Shown one piece after another: positions 43,252 to 57,396 of a stretch of 124,000 bases of DNA. Under the pieces are notes generated by a model. That model had not been told where the DNA came from. It did not search any database and saw only the letters and a list, made by a program, of their open reading frames with translations. This DNA is from Octopus vulgaris (lineage: Eukaryota): contig OX597817.1 in NCBI GenBank assembly GCA_951406725.2, forward strand, positions 117,944,001-118,068,000, given 5' to 3'. The stretch's first letter is position 1. Each line of letters begins with the position of its first letter. The position numbers and the translations under genes were made by a program.

Positions 43252-44270
43252 TAGTGGAACCCGTGGAAATTCCACAGAACGAAAACGATTGAGAGGAGCT
43301 ATTTAAGAAAGAAAGGATGATTTTAATTTATATTTTTATTTTCATTTTGCTAAGTTATTTCACTTTCAGTCACAATAATATATCATATGATTTTAAAATT
43401 TCTCTCTGCTAAACACTATTTTTCTCTCATTCTCTACCACAAGAACAAACTTTTTAACCGTGTAATTCTTCTTTTCGTATCTTTAACAGTTTCTCTTTTT
43501 CTTCACCTCTCACTTTCACTAACCACATGCGTGACAGCATAATGCATCGGCTGGCTATCTGTTCTATCTTTCTTTCTCACATTCCCTCTTTCCCTCTCTT
43601 AGTCTACCTCCTCCCTCTAATTAACAAATTAAAGCGTAAAGTGTGAAATAACAGGTAGGAGAATAATACTACACATTTAGTTTGATTAAAAAATTGTTCT
43701 CTCTACCAACACACCACCACAATAACCATCATCATTGTCATCACTATGTTTCATTAACAATGCTCGTTTCATTTCATTTCAGATGAGCCATTTTTTTTAT
43801 ATCTACTTTTTCTTGCTGTCAATGTAACTCTATTCTGACAATACAAACACTATCGGCTTCTCTGTCTCTCTTTCTCTCTCTCACTCAGTGTAACTGCCTC
43901 CTTTGTCCATCTCTCTCTCCATCTACCTTTCTTTAACCTTAGCACCAGAACATGACCTTTTGCTACATATTTTATAGTAAATATATTTCTTCCTCTTTAC
44001 CTTTCATTCCCCATCCTACAGTGCGTCGTTAAAACTTCACTTTCCCCCTTTTCTCTCGCCGTCTTTTTCTCTTGCTCATCGTCTCCTCCTTTCAACTAAC
44101 TTCGTAACGTATTTGACCTTATTTCTCAACTCCTTCCTCACTTCTTTCTTCTCTACTCACACTCCTCCCCTCTCTCACGCTTCCTCCGCCTCTCATTCAC
44201 TGTACTTCCACCTCTCGAACTAATTCATTACGGGCGAAAAAACTATCAGATAGTATTTATTCTTTATTTT
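43251..44270 (-). mobile_element. Probable non-autonomous Helitron (3' end clear, 5' end uncertain)
   Basis: CTAG at 43251-43254 next to (TA)n, with hairpin GTGGA-AAT-TCCAC ~10 bp inside; CT-rich body. Confidence 0.5.
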
Positions 44271-44284
44271 TTTTTTCATTTTAT

Positions 44285-44327
44285 CTAGTTTCAGCTCACG
44301 AGCTGTGGCCATGCTGGGGCACCGCCA
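44285..44327 (-). mobile_element. Extreme 3' end of the CR1-like LINE family seen at 83821-85797
   Basis: GGCGGTGCCCCAGCATGGCCACAGCTCGTGAGCTGAAACTAG matches 85757-85797. Confidence 0.7.
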
Positions 44328-44419
44328 TTTATATATATCAAGTGTCGAACAGAAAGAACTCAACAAGGAGAAAACTAGAAACTTGATGAAATTTTAACGG
44401 GCAAGAATTTTTGACAAAG

Positions 44420-44560
44420 ACACGATAATTGAGTTCTAGATTTAAGAGATGAGGAATTATGTATATTATGTACGTTATTTACAATTGATGGGTATATGGC
44501 GTAGTGGTTAAGAGCGCGGGCTACTAACCGCAAGATTCCGAGTTCGATTCCAGGTAGTGA

Positions 44561-44608
<48 letters not shown>

Positions 44609-44765
44609 CAACAACAACAACACCATCGAAAAAACCTTAGGAATGAGAACCCAGGTTCGAAATTACCCCAAGATACCTGATGAAGGCTTGATGGTATATC
44701 AGCCGAAACGTTTGTTAACAAATAAATGAGTGCAAATATCGCAATTGTAAATAGCGTAAATAAAG
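44420..44765 (+). mobile_element. Composite element: inverted tail copy, tRNA-derived head, (AAT)n(AAC)n, hammerhead-containing PLE-like body and tail
   Basis: Inverted tail 44420-44487; A box TGGCGTAGTGG 44497-44507; B box GTTCGATTCC 44542-44551; CTGATGA 44677-44683, helix II GGC-T-TGAT..ATCA-GCC, GAAAC 44705-44709, then GTT. Confidence 0.8.
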
Positions 44766-46589
44766 ACACGATAGACAGAATATTCGCAGCTGAGTCTTCT
44801 TTGTCAGTCAATGACAAAAAAATATCATAGTGATTTCACGTCGTTACCATTGAGAACTCCCAGTTTTGCAGCGCCGGTGTTATTATTAAACTACTGGAAA
44901 AGGCTAGCGATTGTATACTAAACCAGAAACAAACAAGTCATAACATAAATGTAACAGACATAGAATTATACATATATAACAGTACGAAGCCTTACAGCTA
45001 TATACAACTGTAGAGAAATAATAATAATCATACATATATCGCAAATACAACAGAAAGAACTTTGCAGCTATCGAACGAACTTTGTAGGGTTGCGTAAAGA
45101 TGAAATGGAGTAAGCCCTAGAGGACGTAGCAGAAACCCAGACCAGCAAAGCGCAGTTTGGTCAAAGGCAGGGCGAAAAAGAACAACACTGCCTTCGCCGG
45201 ACACCTGTCACGTGGTATGGAAGAGGTAGCGTTGCGACGGGGAAAGAGGTGGCGGCAGAGAGGGAACGAAGGACCAGAGGGGTTAGAGAAACAGAGAGAG
45301 AAGTAAAAGGTACAAGGAAGGCAAGCAAGGGTGGAGAATAAGTTAAAGTAAGAGTAGAGGGGGAAAGAGATAGAGTAAGAGGGAAAGAGGGCGAGACAGA
45401 GAGAGAGAGAAAACGAAAAATAAGCGTTGAGACAGGGAAAGATGGGACAGCAGAGAGAGAACAAGGGAGCAGAAGGATTAGAGAAACAGAGGGAGAAGAG
45501 AAGGGTACAAGGGAGGCAAACAAGGGTAGAAAGAGAATAAAGTTGGAGAAACAGATAGAGTAATAGTATAGGTGGTATGTATGTATGTATGTATATGAAT
45601 GTAGGTAGGTAGTAGGTAGGTAGGTAGGTAGGTAGGTAGGTAGATAGGTACGTAGGTACGTAGGTAGGTAGTAGATAGGTAGGTAGGCAGGTAGGTAGTT
45701 AGCTAGGTAGGTTGGTACGTTGGTTGGTAGGTTGTTAGGTATGTAAGCTGTACCCTTTCCATCTGACTCAGAAAAAAGCATTACTAACCTAGTTGTAGCA
45801 CGAAAGGAAGGAAGGAAGGAAGGAAGGAAGGAAGGAAGGAAGGAAGGAAAGCACTTTAAGGTGTCATCCATTAAGACAGAAAACGAAAATTAAAGTCTGT
45901 CTTCAACAAAATCTTCAATCGTAAATGCAGAGTAAGAGAAACTGATCTTGGAATAAGTCGCAGTGGAGGTGGTGTCATGTAGAGGAATTGTGTATGAGAG
46001 AGAGAAATATACTATTCTATTCATGCATTCGATCTTTTCAAATTCTAGTAAATTCTCATACGTTTCATACAATTTATTGGTATACTTCTAACATGATATT
46101 TGTGACAACTCCACAGTGATAGTCATTCAGATTAAAGGCAGTATTCGGAATTGATCGAGTTTAATAGTAGCTTCTGTAGATATATTACTGTAGTTTCAAC
46201 AAATTAGATTATTTCAAATCAGATATGATTAATTTATCGATTCTCTTCAGGCTTCGAAACAAACTCCACGTTTATAAACAGAGATATATAGATGGCACAG
46301 ACAGTAAAAAGTTGAAATACATGCTGAACTGTTTGATGTTTCTGACGATGTGGTAGTATATGGTCGACACTAAAATATTGAATAAAGGCAATCTTAGCAC
46401 ATGTAAATACCTATCATGGTAAGAACAAGAGAGAAATGCAAAATAAACTCCTATATGATTGTGTACTGTATCTATAAAAAAAGCATGAATATCTCTGAAC
46501 GCAAGTAAAATGGAGCAAATATATGTAGATGATATTTCTCATTTAAATGGAAATGCTTTTACAGTTATACATATTTTGTCATACATAAG

Positions 46590-46625
<36 letters not shown>

Positions 46626-46732
46626 GTAGGGAGAGAGAGAGAGAGAAAAAGAAAGACAGAGAGAGAAATTGATACAGATAGACAAGCTTGGTCTTGATAT
46701 ACAAGATATACACATATATATATATATATATG

Positions 46733-46763
<31 letters not shown>

Positions 46764-47519
46764 CCATATATATATAAAGAGAGAGAGATAGAGAGAGAGA
46801 GAAAGATAGACATACAGATAGACAGATCCAATAGACAGACAGGGACTGGGCGAGAAACAAAAACAGAAATTATTCGGATGACCACTCATGTATACCCTTG
46901 TAGATCATTGTATATTTATAAAACAAATTTGCATGATGGATAAAGTATAAACAATTCTAAGAGACGAAGCCATAGTAATTCCAGATCTACAGCTGTTTCT
47001 GAGGGCTTGGAATTCCGTAATTGTTGTACTGCTCAGAATTAAGAAATTCAAGGATATGCAACCAACAGAGGATGCATATAAGCGTCGCCGTAAAACTGGC
47101 CTCCATTGTCAGGGTGGGAAGATGGATTGTGTGGGTTAAATTACCTTGACTTTTCCTCTTATATGTTGCTCTCAATGTAAATGTGTTTTGTAAACATAAA
47201 TAACTACATATTTGAATATTTTCAGTTGTTGCCACCCACTACATATAAATCCCTATATGTTTTTACATGAGTCTATTTTACATATCAAGCACATGCATGT
47301 ATCTCTGCATCACTGTCTCCATATTTGATCACTTAGAATTTTCTTGTAGCTAGTTATCGACTTCACTACAGCGCAATGATTTATAAAAAATATGAGAAAG
47401 TTTTGTTAGACCATGAGCTGACAGAATCGTTAACTACGCCGGAAAAAATGATTGAGCATCGTTTCGTCTGTTTTAACGTTCTGAGTTCAAATTCCACCGA
47501 TATTGGTTTTCATACTCGT

Positions 47520-48000
47520 CTAGATGTTGTACCCACATTGATCATGGAATACGAAATGGTCGACGACTCCCTGCTCCAGAGCTCTTGGATCATTTTTTGC
47601 ATCTGGGATGTCTTCGATCAACGTCATAGTTATCAATATCCGATCTAGAGCTCGTGAAACTGCAGACACGGAAGCAGGTAGCATTCTGGGTAATGCTGCC
47701 TCTAAATCCCTATCCGTCTGTTGAATGGTTGCAAGTGAGTTGGCATCAATAATCACCCGAAGCTTGACTCGCATTTCCTCATAAACCTTAACGCGGTGAG
47801 CACCTCCTCTGGGCAACTTGTAGCTCCTCCCAGACCGTAGTAATGTCGCTACTATGGATCGCGTACAACTCCTTTTAATGCCAAGTGTGTCTGCCAGTTG
47901 CCGGTAATCGGTTTGATGCCCCTCGAAGGTCTCAACCACACTTGCCCTATCGTCTACCGATATATGCATGTACCTTCCGCGTGACTGCATGATTACAATT
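47520..48000 (-). mobile_element. IS630/Tc1-type transposase N-terminal HTH fragment
   Basis: ORF 47520-47990: SVDDRASVVETFE..YRQLADTLGIKRSCTRSIV..RSGR..KLPRGG..KV (paired-like HTH plus the RGG..K linker). Confidence 0.6.
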
Positions 48001-48879
48001 TGGTGTATGAGAAACGGATATAAAACGCAACTAATACCGACCAGTTCGTGGACAGAAGAATGACGTAATTTATTTCTTCCGGGTAGCTATAACAGCATAA
48101 TAATATTATTTAATCTTTCATTTTTAACATTTACTTCTTAGAATGTGAGTAAAACAGAGATGTAAATTTAATGAACTTATTTCCGAACTTGAATGCTCAT
48201 ATGCGAAAAGATGCTTCCTCTCATTGCGAGTAATTTGAAAACTCCCGACGGGCATTTTATATAGAAATGCTAAAGTAAATGCTAAATTCTTTGCTCGCGA
48301 AACTGATGACTAAATTCTTGTACCAATTTCTTTTTCGCGACTTTGAATAACCTGATTACCAAAGTTAGTGACAAACGTACTATCATAACTGCAAAAACCT
48401 AAATTTTTTTAATGTTCCGGTTAAACCTTGATTTCATCACACATTGTCTAAAATTCTTGTGTGTGTGTGTGATCGTATTTTATCTGCGTCTATGTAAATT
48501 CGTGTGCAAACGTAACGAAATGGTTGCGGATATATGTTTGTGTGTATAAGATATAATCTCATAACGTGCATTTCGAAAGTCCTATAGGGTTACAGTAGGA
48601 TTAAGCTTTTTACAGGAAATACATGTGGAAATCCATTAGTGTATGCAGAGTTTACATAAAAATTACAAAACAAGAAAAAGTACATGGGGTCCAGCAGTGC
48701 TGTCAAGGCCATTCATTAGATGATATGCAGGTACGCAGCTTCAACTGGAACATCCATTTAGACAATATTTATGCAACAATATAATATAGCAAACTTAGCA
48801 AGTAATAGCAATTACCAATGCACAGAAACAACTGTGGTAATTACTTATTAATGTCTGATCATTCCATCTTCTCGTTATA

Positions 48880-48988
<109 letters not shown>

Positions 48989-49490
48989 GTTGTGTGTATA
49001 TGAGGTCTCAGGTATGAGTATGATCGTATGCCACATAGATACGGTATAATGTATTGTTTATAAAACAAAATATTATGCACACATACAGTGAAAGAGAGAG
49101 ACAGAACTAGAGAGACAGAGACAGAGAGGCAGAGAAAGTGATAGGTAAAGAGTGGTAGAATAAAATGAAGGAACAATAAATAATACTTCTTCTACAAGAT
49201 AATGCAAGGGAAAAAAGTAAACTTGCCATAAATCTTTAGCAATGGGATTGCGGATTATATATCAAGGGGAAAATAAATGCGTTGCTACCGTATAACTTCC
49301 TGCTGAACGTTAGGTAAAGCTTGCATGACAGTAAGCAGGTATATGGAGTGTTTTCCTATATAAATGTGTGGTAATATATTATCGAAAATTATGATTAAGA
49401 CTTTCCTTTATATGCGAGTGTGTGCATGTCTGTGTGTGTGTGCGGCGTGTACGCGCGTAAATGTGTATGTGTGTGTGTGTCTGTGTGTGT

Positions 49491-49565
<75 letters not shown>

Positions 49566-50436
49566 AAAAGTTGCGGTACATTATAGATTAATCTTTTCAG
49601 AAATGTATTCAAAATTTTACTTTTAGCTTTAGGTAACATTACCAAGGATAAAATTAGGAATTCAAATTCACTGAAGTGACAATGAAGGAACTCTAAAAGG
49701 CATGTCATCATTTCACTAAGTTCATATATTGTTTCTGAAATAAATGGCAATGGTTTGATATATTTTCAAGTAAACCCCAATTAGTTGCCGTTTATTTCGA
49801 GATTACTGTTTGTTAAACTATGCGAAAGAGAAATATGTAAATAAACAGATCAACATACAGACGGATAGGTACATAGGTTACAAGAACAGACACATATAGA
49901 GACACGGATCCACACATATAAAGATGCACATCCATACATACAAACATGGTACGTAGCTACATAACACACATACAGATATGCACACACAAGGAGACAGAGG
50001 TGCATACATATGCAAACACATGCTCACACACACATACATAAAAAATACACAAACACGGACAGGCAAGCACATAAATATGCAAGATACGTACATAGAAATG
50101 CACACACATACATACATATGCATATACACACATATATACATACATACACATACAAACACACACACATACATACGTACATGCATGCATGCATGTATAGGCA
50201 CACACACACAGACAAACCTACACACATGCGCACAAACAAACAAAATAACGGCCTGAGTCAAGACTATTGAAAGGACCACAGATGAGATCACAGAAGTGTG
50301 ACGAAAGAACTCTGGCCGAAATAAGATTAAGATTAATGTAAAAATTAAATAAACAAAGCTGAAGCAACTTAACACCAAATATATATTGCGTGTGTTTTTA
50401 TTGGCTAAACTGGCAACATGACCGTTCCTAAATACG

Positions 50437-50484
<48 letters not shown>

Positions 50485-51764
50485 GAAATTATTGTATACA
50501 GTGCTCAGATGTATCACAACTTGTCAAAAGTTCGTATAAAACATATGCAGTAATGTAGAAATGTCTGAAAACTGAACAGTGTATGAGCCAGATACTTGCG
50601 TGTAAGTGGGCAAAGAAAACGAAAGAAAAGGGAACTCATCACACTTAGTATGGGTTATGCATTATTACTTAAGACAGAATCAAGCTATTTTGAGAAATAC
50701 ACCCACACACACTCGCACGCACACACATACACACACACACATATGCAATTTACCATGACTTTCAGTCTACACACATATGTATGTTCCACCTGATACACTA
50801 TCTATAGGATACCCATATATGGAGAGTTGAGCTCTTATGAGAAAATGAAACGTCACTCACACTCGGATATACTCTGTAAGAAATCACTCTGACGGGTACA
50901 TTCCTTCTCAACTACTGTCCTTAAAACATCATTGATTCCTTTCCTATTACTGTTACATATCAATAAAGAAATCGAATGTATTGACAATAATATATGCGTT
51001 TAATGGAGTCTAAATATGTATTCTTAGCATGTAGTTGAATATACTCCCCAGTCCATATTTTAAACACGTCAATGTCAGTTATGATTTATGAGCATCACCC
51101 CATTTCTGCATGGAATAACGCCAATATGTCATCAAGTTTATATCAAGGATCATCTTATTATAACGTAAAAATTAGAATATTAAGTAGAATCCATGCGAAA
51201 AATTTCATGCGCAAACTATATTGTGATACATTAAAGGAACCGCTTGCGACACATTAATTACAATTTTGCAATTATTTCACTGTTTCTTTTTTTTTCTGTA
51301 GCGTTCATACGAGGGCTATTATTCATTTTACATACATCCTATCATTTTTGAGATTAATGTGTACATTAATAATCATAGAGACCAGAAACACACCACATAG
51401 ACACAATATTCATATAATAATGCATCGTTAATATCTGATTATATATGGGGATATTTTATGAGCTTACAGAGGAGTACTTAACAAAAGCGATATTTTGCGC
51501 AGTGATATGCATTTATCATCTAATTTCTTTCTTCTTTGAAATACGTATTTTTGAAAAAACTAAATTTAACAAATATACGCTCAATTTAATTGCAGACATT
51601 TCGTTTCTTTACACCTCTGAATTTCTAATGGTATAAAACACAAATATCACCTGGTATGGAGTCGGTGGTGAAGAAAATGCCGAAGGCTTATATTGTTTGT
51701 TTTCATAGCAATAATCTTTAATAGCTTATGGTGTCATCAACCATTTAATATTCGCTAGTGTAAG

Positions 51765-51960
51765 GAGGCGGATTGGCAAGAATCATAAGCAAGTTGGACA
51801 AAATGCTTAGCAGGTTTTCGTCCGTCCTTACGTTCTGAGTTCAAGTTCTGCCGAGGTCGACTTTGCTTTCAATCATTTCGGTGTCCAGTTAAACACTGAG
51901 GTCGATGTAATAAACTTACACCTTCCCACAAAATTATTGGCCTTGTATCAAAATTTGAAA
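51765..51960 (+). mobile_element. SINE family B
   Basis: GGCAAGAATC...ACGTTCTGAGTTCAAGTTCTGCCGAGGTCGACTTTGC. Confidence 0.75.
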
Positions 51961-53509
51961 TCAATATCAGTACAAAGTGTCAATGTATTTAGATACTAAT
52001 TTTCTGGCGCAAATGAATGACAGAATCTTCCGATGACATTTTGTAAGCCTTCTAGGAACTTATCTTTAGGGGTGAAATTTTAGAGAACGGGCAAGAGGGG
52101 ACTCAACTAAATATATATAATTGCGAAGTGGGGGTAATGAACTGAATAATGGGTTAAGAACGTCGTTCGGTTCACCAATCCTACAAGGGACAATCTGATT
52201 AGCTTACGCAGTTTCCATACAGATTCCGTTCGCCAACATTATTTACATTCATTAGGTTGACACAATCTATGACAGAAGACATTTTCCCAATTTGCCGCGA
52301 CGAAATCATGAACCCATACTGCAAATCAAATATATTAAATACAATAACAAACCTATTCCCATTATAAATGGTTAAGAAGAATATCCATTCATTATGTTAA
52401 ATTAACGATTTTAGGTATAATAAACATTTGAATTTTACAAGCCAGTTTCAGGGTCATAGAGAAAATGTTCTCATATGTTCGTTATATATATATATAAATC
52501 TATTGAATTATGCATTGTAAACTATATGATGACATAATGAATGTTTAATTTTTAGATGAAATAACGAGACACTTGAAGACAACAAGACGCTGGAGCCAGC
52601 GATCACAAATCTCCATAGTTGCTCGACCGGCATTCATTGGAGATGCATATTTTGTTTTGAAAATCTCATTTTCGAACTGTTTTCAATAAAGAAGAGATGG
52701 TTCAGGATGTTGTATTCTTGAATACAGTTAACCCAGTAAATTGAAACAGAAACCAACTACAGTTCCTCAATAAAAAAGCACATATGACTACATTGTTAAA
52801 AGGTCCGCTTCACTCATATTGCTTCAGGTTCAATTCTAGTGCGTTGCACTTTGAGCAAGTACGAGCATATGTACAAGTCGCGTCAACGAATATTTTGCGG
52901 TCGAATCTGGTAAACGCTAACGGTGCGCAAAAATATTATATGTGAAAATATGTGTATATATGCATTTATGTTAGTATGTTGCTTAACTGCCGTATTTCTA
53001 GTGTCAGAATATTTCCTTCAATTTTGTCCTATTTGTACTCCTACAACTAAACGCACTTTTGTAATAAATGCATCCGCTTTGCTATTGCTTCGTATGCTTA
53101 CTTTATCCTCACCATCACAACTGTCATAATCATCATTCCCACATTTATCATTGACATCATCACAATCATCTCTATTATCTTCAACTCAATTTCTGTCCTT
53201 ATTGTTTCTTCCACCATCAGAGTTATTCCATTCTTAGCAGTAACATCACAATTATCATTGTCACCATTATCGTCTCTACAGTCACTATACCTGCCTTTAC
53301 TTACTTAACTGCCCATAACTATATAACGACTACTTTTATAAATCAGTTCTTGATATGTTCTCGTACGGATGACGATGAGCTTTGTTTGATCGGTGTTTTA
53401 ATAACACAAAAAACATATTTTCAATGAATCATATGCTAATTTATACATACAGAACGATAAATGGATAGAAACAAACACACACACACATATACATGTACTA
53501 ATATATATA

Positions 53510-53925
53510 TACTCTTTACTCTTTACTCTTTTACTTGTTTCAGTCATTTGGCTGCGTCCATGCTGGAGCACCGCCTTTAGTCGATCAAATCGACCCCGGA
53601 ACTTATTCTTTGTAAGCCCAGTACTTATTCTATCGGTCTCTTTTGCCGAACCGCTAAGTGACGGGGACATAAACACACCAGCATCGGTTGTCAAGCAATG
53701 CTAGGTGGACAAACACAGACACCCCCCCCACACAAATACACACACATATATATATATACATATATACGACAGGCTTCTTCCAGTTTCCGTCTACCAAATC
53801 CACTCACAAGGCATTGGTCGGCCCGGGGCTATAGCACAAGACACTTGCCCAAGGTGGCACGCAGTGGGACCGAACCCGGAACCATGTGGTTGGTTAGCAA
53901 GCTACTAACCACACAGCCACTCCTG
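53510..53925 (-). mobile_element. Full-length SINE family A
   Basis: Reverse complement of the 24397-24803 family, including the (CTCTTTTA) tail repeats. Confidence 0.9.
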
Positions 53926-55140
53926 TACGTATATATACGTACGCACATTGATAAATACGTACACACATATCTACACACGTACACATTTATACTTCCGATA
54001 TTTTACCACAACACAAAAGTTAACGAGTAAAATATCTTTAAGGAATTACGCACACGCTGCTATCGCTGCTTGTCAACATATGCAACACTTAAGAAGACAT
54101 CGGAAATGAAATTGTGTGTTTCCCAGCAATCAGCTTCTGTGTCGCTCATCTGCAATTTTCTGAAGCAAAGAAACACACCAACAAAAGAACACTTCCAAGA
54201 TGTCAGCATTATCTCATCTTGATTCCTTTAGATGTAAGCGATAGTAACGTGTTATTAAACACACATACTTAAAATATACGCTTCGTGTATTTTCCCGTGA
54301 ATTCAATACCCTGGTGGAGTATATACACTCTCAATGCACCCGAGTCATGGACAGGCGAGGTAATTCGCCTTCAACCCCATAGGAAAGGGATGAACATCCA
54401 TGTTTTTGTCATTTTTGTGGCTTAGCAACATCACGTATCCCCCAGGAAAGAAAGCAAGACACCTAGGCAGTCCACGACTTACAGGCTCGTGGCTTGTAAA
54501 ACCATGTTCTGGCATGCCGGAAATTGCGTGTTTTGCGATATTATCATCCTAGAGCTGCTTTTATTTCATAGGTAACAAAATAATTCTCAAGATTTGAATC
54601 TGACTGAGCAGAGATGTGAAGACCATGTCAATGCAATCTTACCAAAACAACAAGTATTTTATAAATGTTTTGACGTCAGGTGGTACTTAACACATATTCT
54701 TGAGGGTGACTAAAGCAAGAAAAAATAATGAAGAAGATAGAGACGTATCAATGGCTTCCTGTCGGCTTAACAGAGATAAATGAAATGTTACAATTAAGAT
54801 ATACATAATCTTCCCCTACATTCAGCTGCTCCGGCATTGTTGTCTGCAAAACATTGAAATATCGGTTACATATATAAAAAAATCAACGACACGGAAATGT
54901 ACTTCGGTTTCAAAACACATTAATGATAATTATCCCTTTTGAAATATTTTCTTCAGAGATCTAAACAGAAATCAGTTAATTGAATATGCACATACACTCA
55001 TTTTCTCGGGCTTATACAGCTGGACGTAATTGATGATACTCTCATAATCTTTGTGTAATAAAGAGAAATACATGAAGCAATAAATATATAAATATTTTGC
55101 ATTCTCTCTCAAATGCTTCGTTCAGAGTTTCCACATAACC

Positions 55141-55223
55141 TTCCCCTTCCTGGTTCAACATCCACAGACTAGTTTCGGGGTATTTGCCCCACTAGTGTGT
55201 GGATGTTGAGCCAGCAAGGGGAA
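55141..55223. other. Isolated 33-bp-stem hairpin
   Basis: TTCCCCTTCCTGGTTCAACATCCACAGACTAGT / ACTAGTGTGTGGATGTTGAGCCAGCAAGGGGAA: 2 mismatches and 1 G-U pair, ~17-nt loop. Confidence 0.85.
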
Positions 55224-55314
55224 GCCTCTTGGAGTTAATCAACGGCTCAACGGCAGCATTCGTCCTAATTTCCTGGACTGCTATGTTAGCTGGGCGTAAG
55301 TATTAACATATATG

Positions 55315-55380
<66 letters not shown>

Positions 55381-55385
55381 GTATA

Positions 55386-55430
<45 letters not shown>

Positions 55431-55457
55431 ATATATACATATATATATATATACATA

Positions 55458-55501
<44 letters not shown>

Positions 55502-56765
55502 CAGGTTGCACCCTAACCGCATAGCTAAATCAAGAGTAGAACAGAAAGAACAAAACATGCGGGGGAGTCCCCCCCCAAAAAAAAAATAAAAAATAGACGA
55601 TAACACACCAAACAGCAAACTAGTCAAAAAGAAGATACACGGACCATTCATACATGAATTTAAATTTAGGAAGTTCTAAACATATTTAGATAATTTTTTT
55701 TTTCTTTTATAATGAAGATACTCTGGAAAACTTTACTGTTAATACGCCCACTACTTGTGTTTCATCCATTTGTCACTGAAATCTGGCAGTTGATATATAG
55801 AGAGTGATAACACAAGAACATGCTGCTTTGACCTCTGTTTGTAGATATCTCTTCAAATACTGCGGTGAAGAGGAAGCGGTGATGGGAATGCAGCAATAGA
55901 GAAGCGGAGATGGGGAAACGGTGATTGGGAAGCGGAAATGTTGGAGGTATACAGTTAATACTCTATACTTAAGTGGCCCATGGTTTACCTAACGTCGTTA
56001 GTAATTTTAGACGTACGAGCTAGCTTGGGCGGAATATTTTGTGACGGTACATTTTTTTTTTTTTATGAGAGAACACTGCTCACAAAAAATTTGTGGGGGG
56101 TCTCGAAATGGGGACTCAAACATTACTGATTCCATCATTTAGGTGGTCAGCTATCTGAGAGTGACTGGCGTTCATACCAGCATGATAAAAGGAAGATGAT
56201 TAATTTCCGAATAAACTTCCCAAAGAAAAGAACAGCAAGAAATGCTGCCATGTGTCTAGATTGAAAGGGATTCCTCCCAACATGCATAACTTATTACATC
56301 TGTTGTAGGCAGAGAATTGAGCTGGTATAATATGAATATAGCCACGTACTCCGTCTTGGTGTTAATAATCATATATCAGGGAGTGCTGCTCTCTATACAT
56401 TTTTCTAGAGAGAGCCAAAAGGTGAGAAAAGAAATAGGGGAGTACGTTTCGCAGTACAAACAGAATTCACTAGTCGGTTGTGCAGTTTCAGGGAAAAAGT
56501 TTTCTCTATCCTGGGAACTTTTCATGACATCTGTTTCAGTGTATATTTCCGCCCTGGATAGTAGCCAAGAACCAATCATGGCTATTTACAAACATTTACC
56601 TAGCAGTTCAGCATTGCAAACCGATAAAGTACTAGGCTTTAACAACAACAAGTATTGGTGTCGATCCATCCAACAAAACATTTTTAAGGCGGTTTCCCAG
56701 CATGGCCGCAATCTTATGACTTAGAAAAATAGTATATAAGAGACATTTACGTATGTGTCTTTTAC

Positions 56766-56840
<75 letters not shown>

Positions 56841-56841
56841 C

Positions 56842-56967
<126 letters not shown>

Positions 56968-56984
56968 TCATGTCTTTTATAGAA

Positions 56985-57150
56985 TGAAGCAGTGGTGGGA
57001 TACCGCCTTGAAAATTTTTTAATCGGGTGTATCGCCCCCAATAAGTACAGCTTTTAAAGCCAGGTATATCGGCTCACTTTGCTGAATCGCTAAGTTACTG
57101 AGACGTAAACATACAAGCACCGGATCTGAAGCGGTCGCGGGGACCAAATA
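56985..57150 (-). mobile_element. SINE family A tail fragment immediately left of the Helitron
   Basis: ACCGCCTTG...TATCGG...CGCTAAGTTAC...GACGTAAACA matches the family tail. Confidence 0.6.
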
Positions 57151-57175
57151 TTAACACAAATACACATACACATAC

Positions 57176-57275
<100 letters not shown>

Positions 57276-57396
57276 TAGCAGCATAGCCCGGCGTTGCCCG
57301 GGTATGTAAGAGCCCCTAGTAGGCAACGACTAATCCCAATGTAGTCCTTTCCCTCCAGGGAACGAAGGTGCATGTGGACGTTGCAATGTCTTGTCT

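Noticed and set aside
44489-44563. Apparent tRNA gene (similar heads at 24397, 73780 and 77697)
   Set aside because: The acceptor stem is incomplete and each head continues into a repeated SINE body, so these are SINE heads, not tRNA genes.
54300-54520. GC-richer block resembling an RTE 5' UTR with a possible HDV-like ribozyme
   Set aside because: A nested double pseudoknot could not be assembled by eye and no RTE ORF follows.
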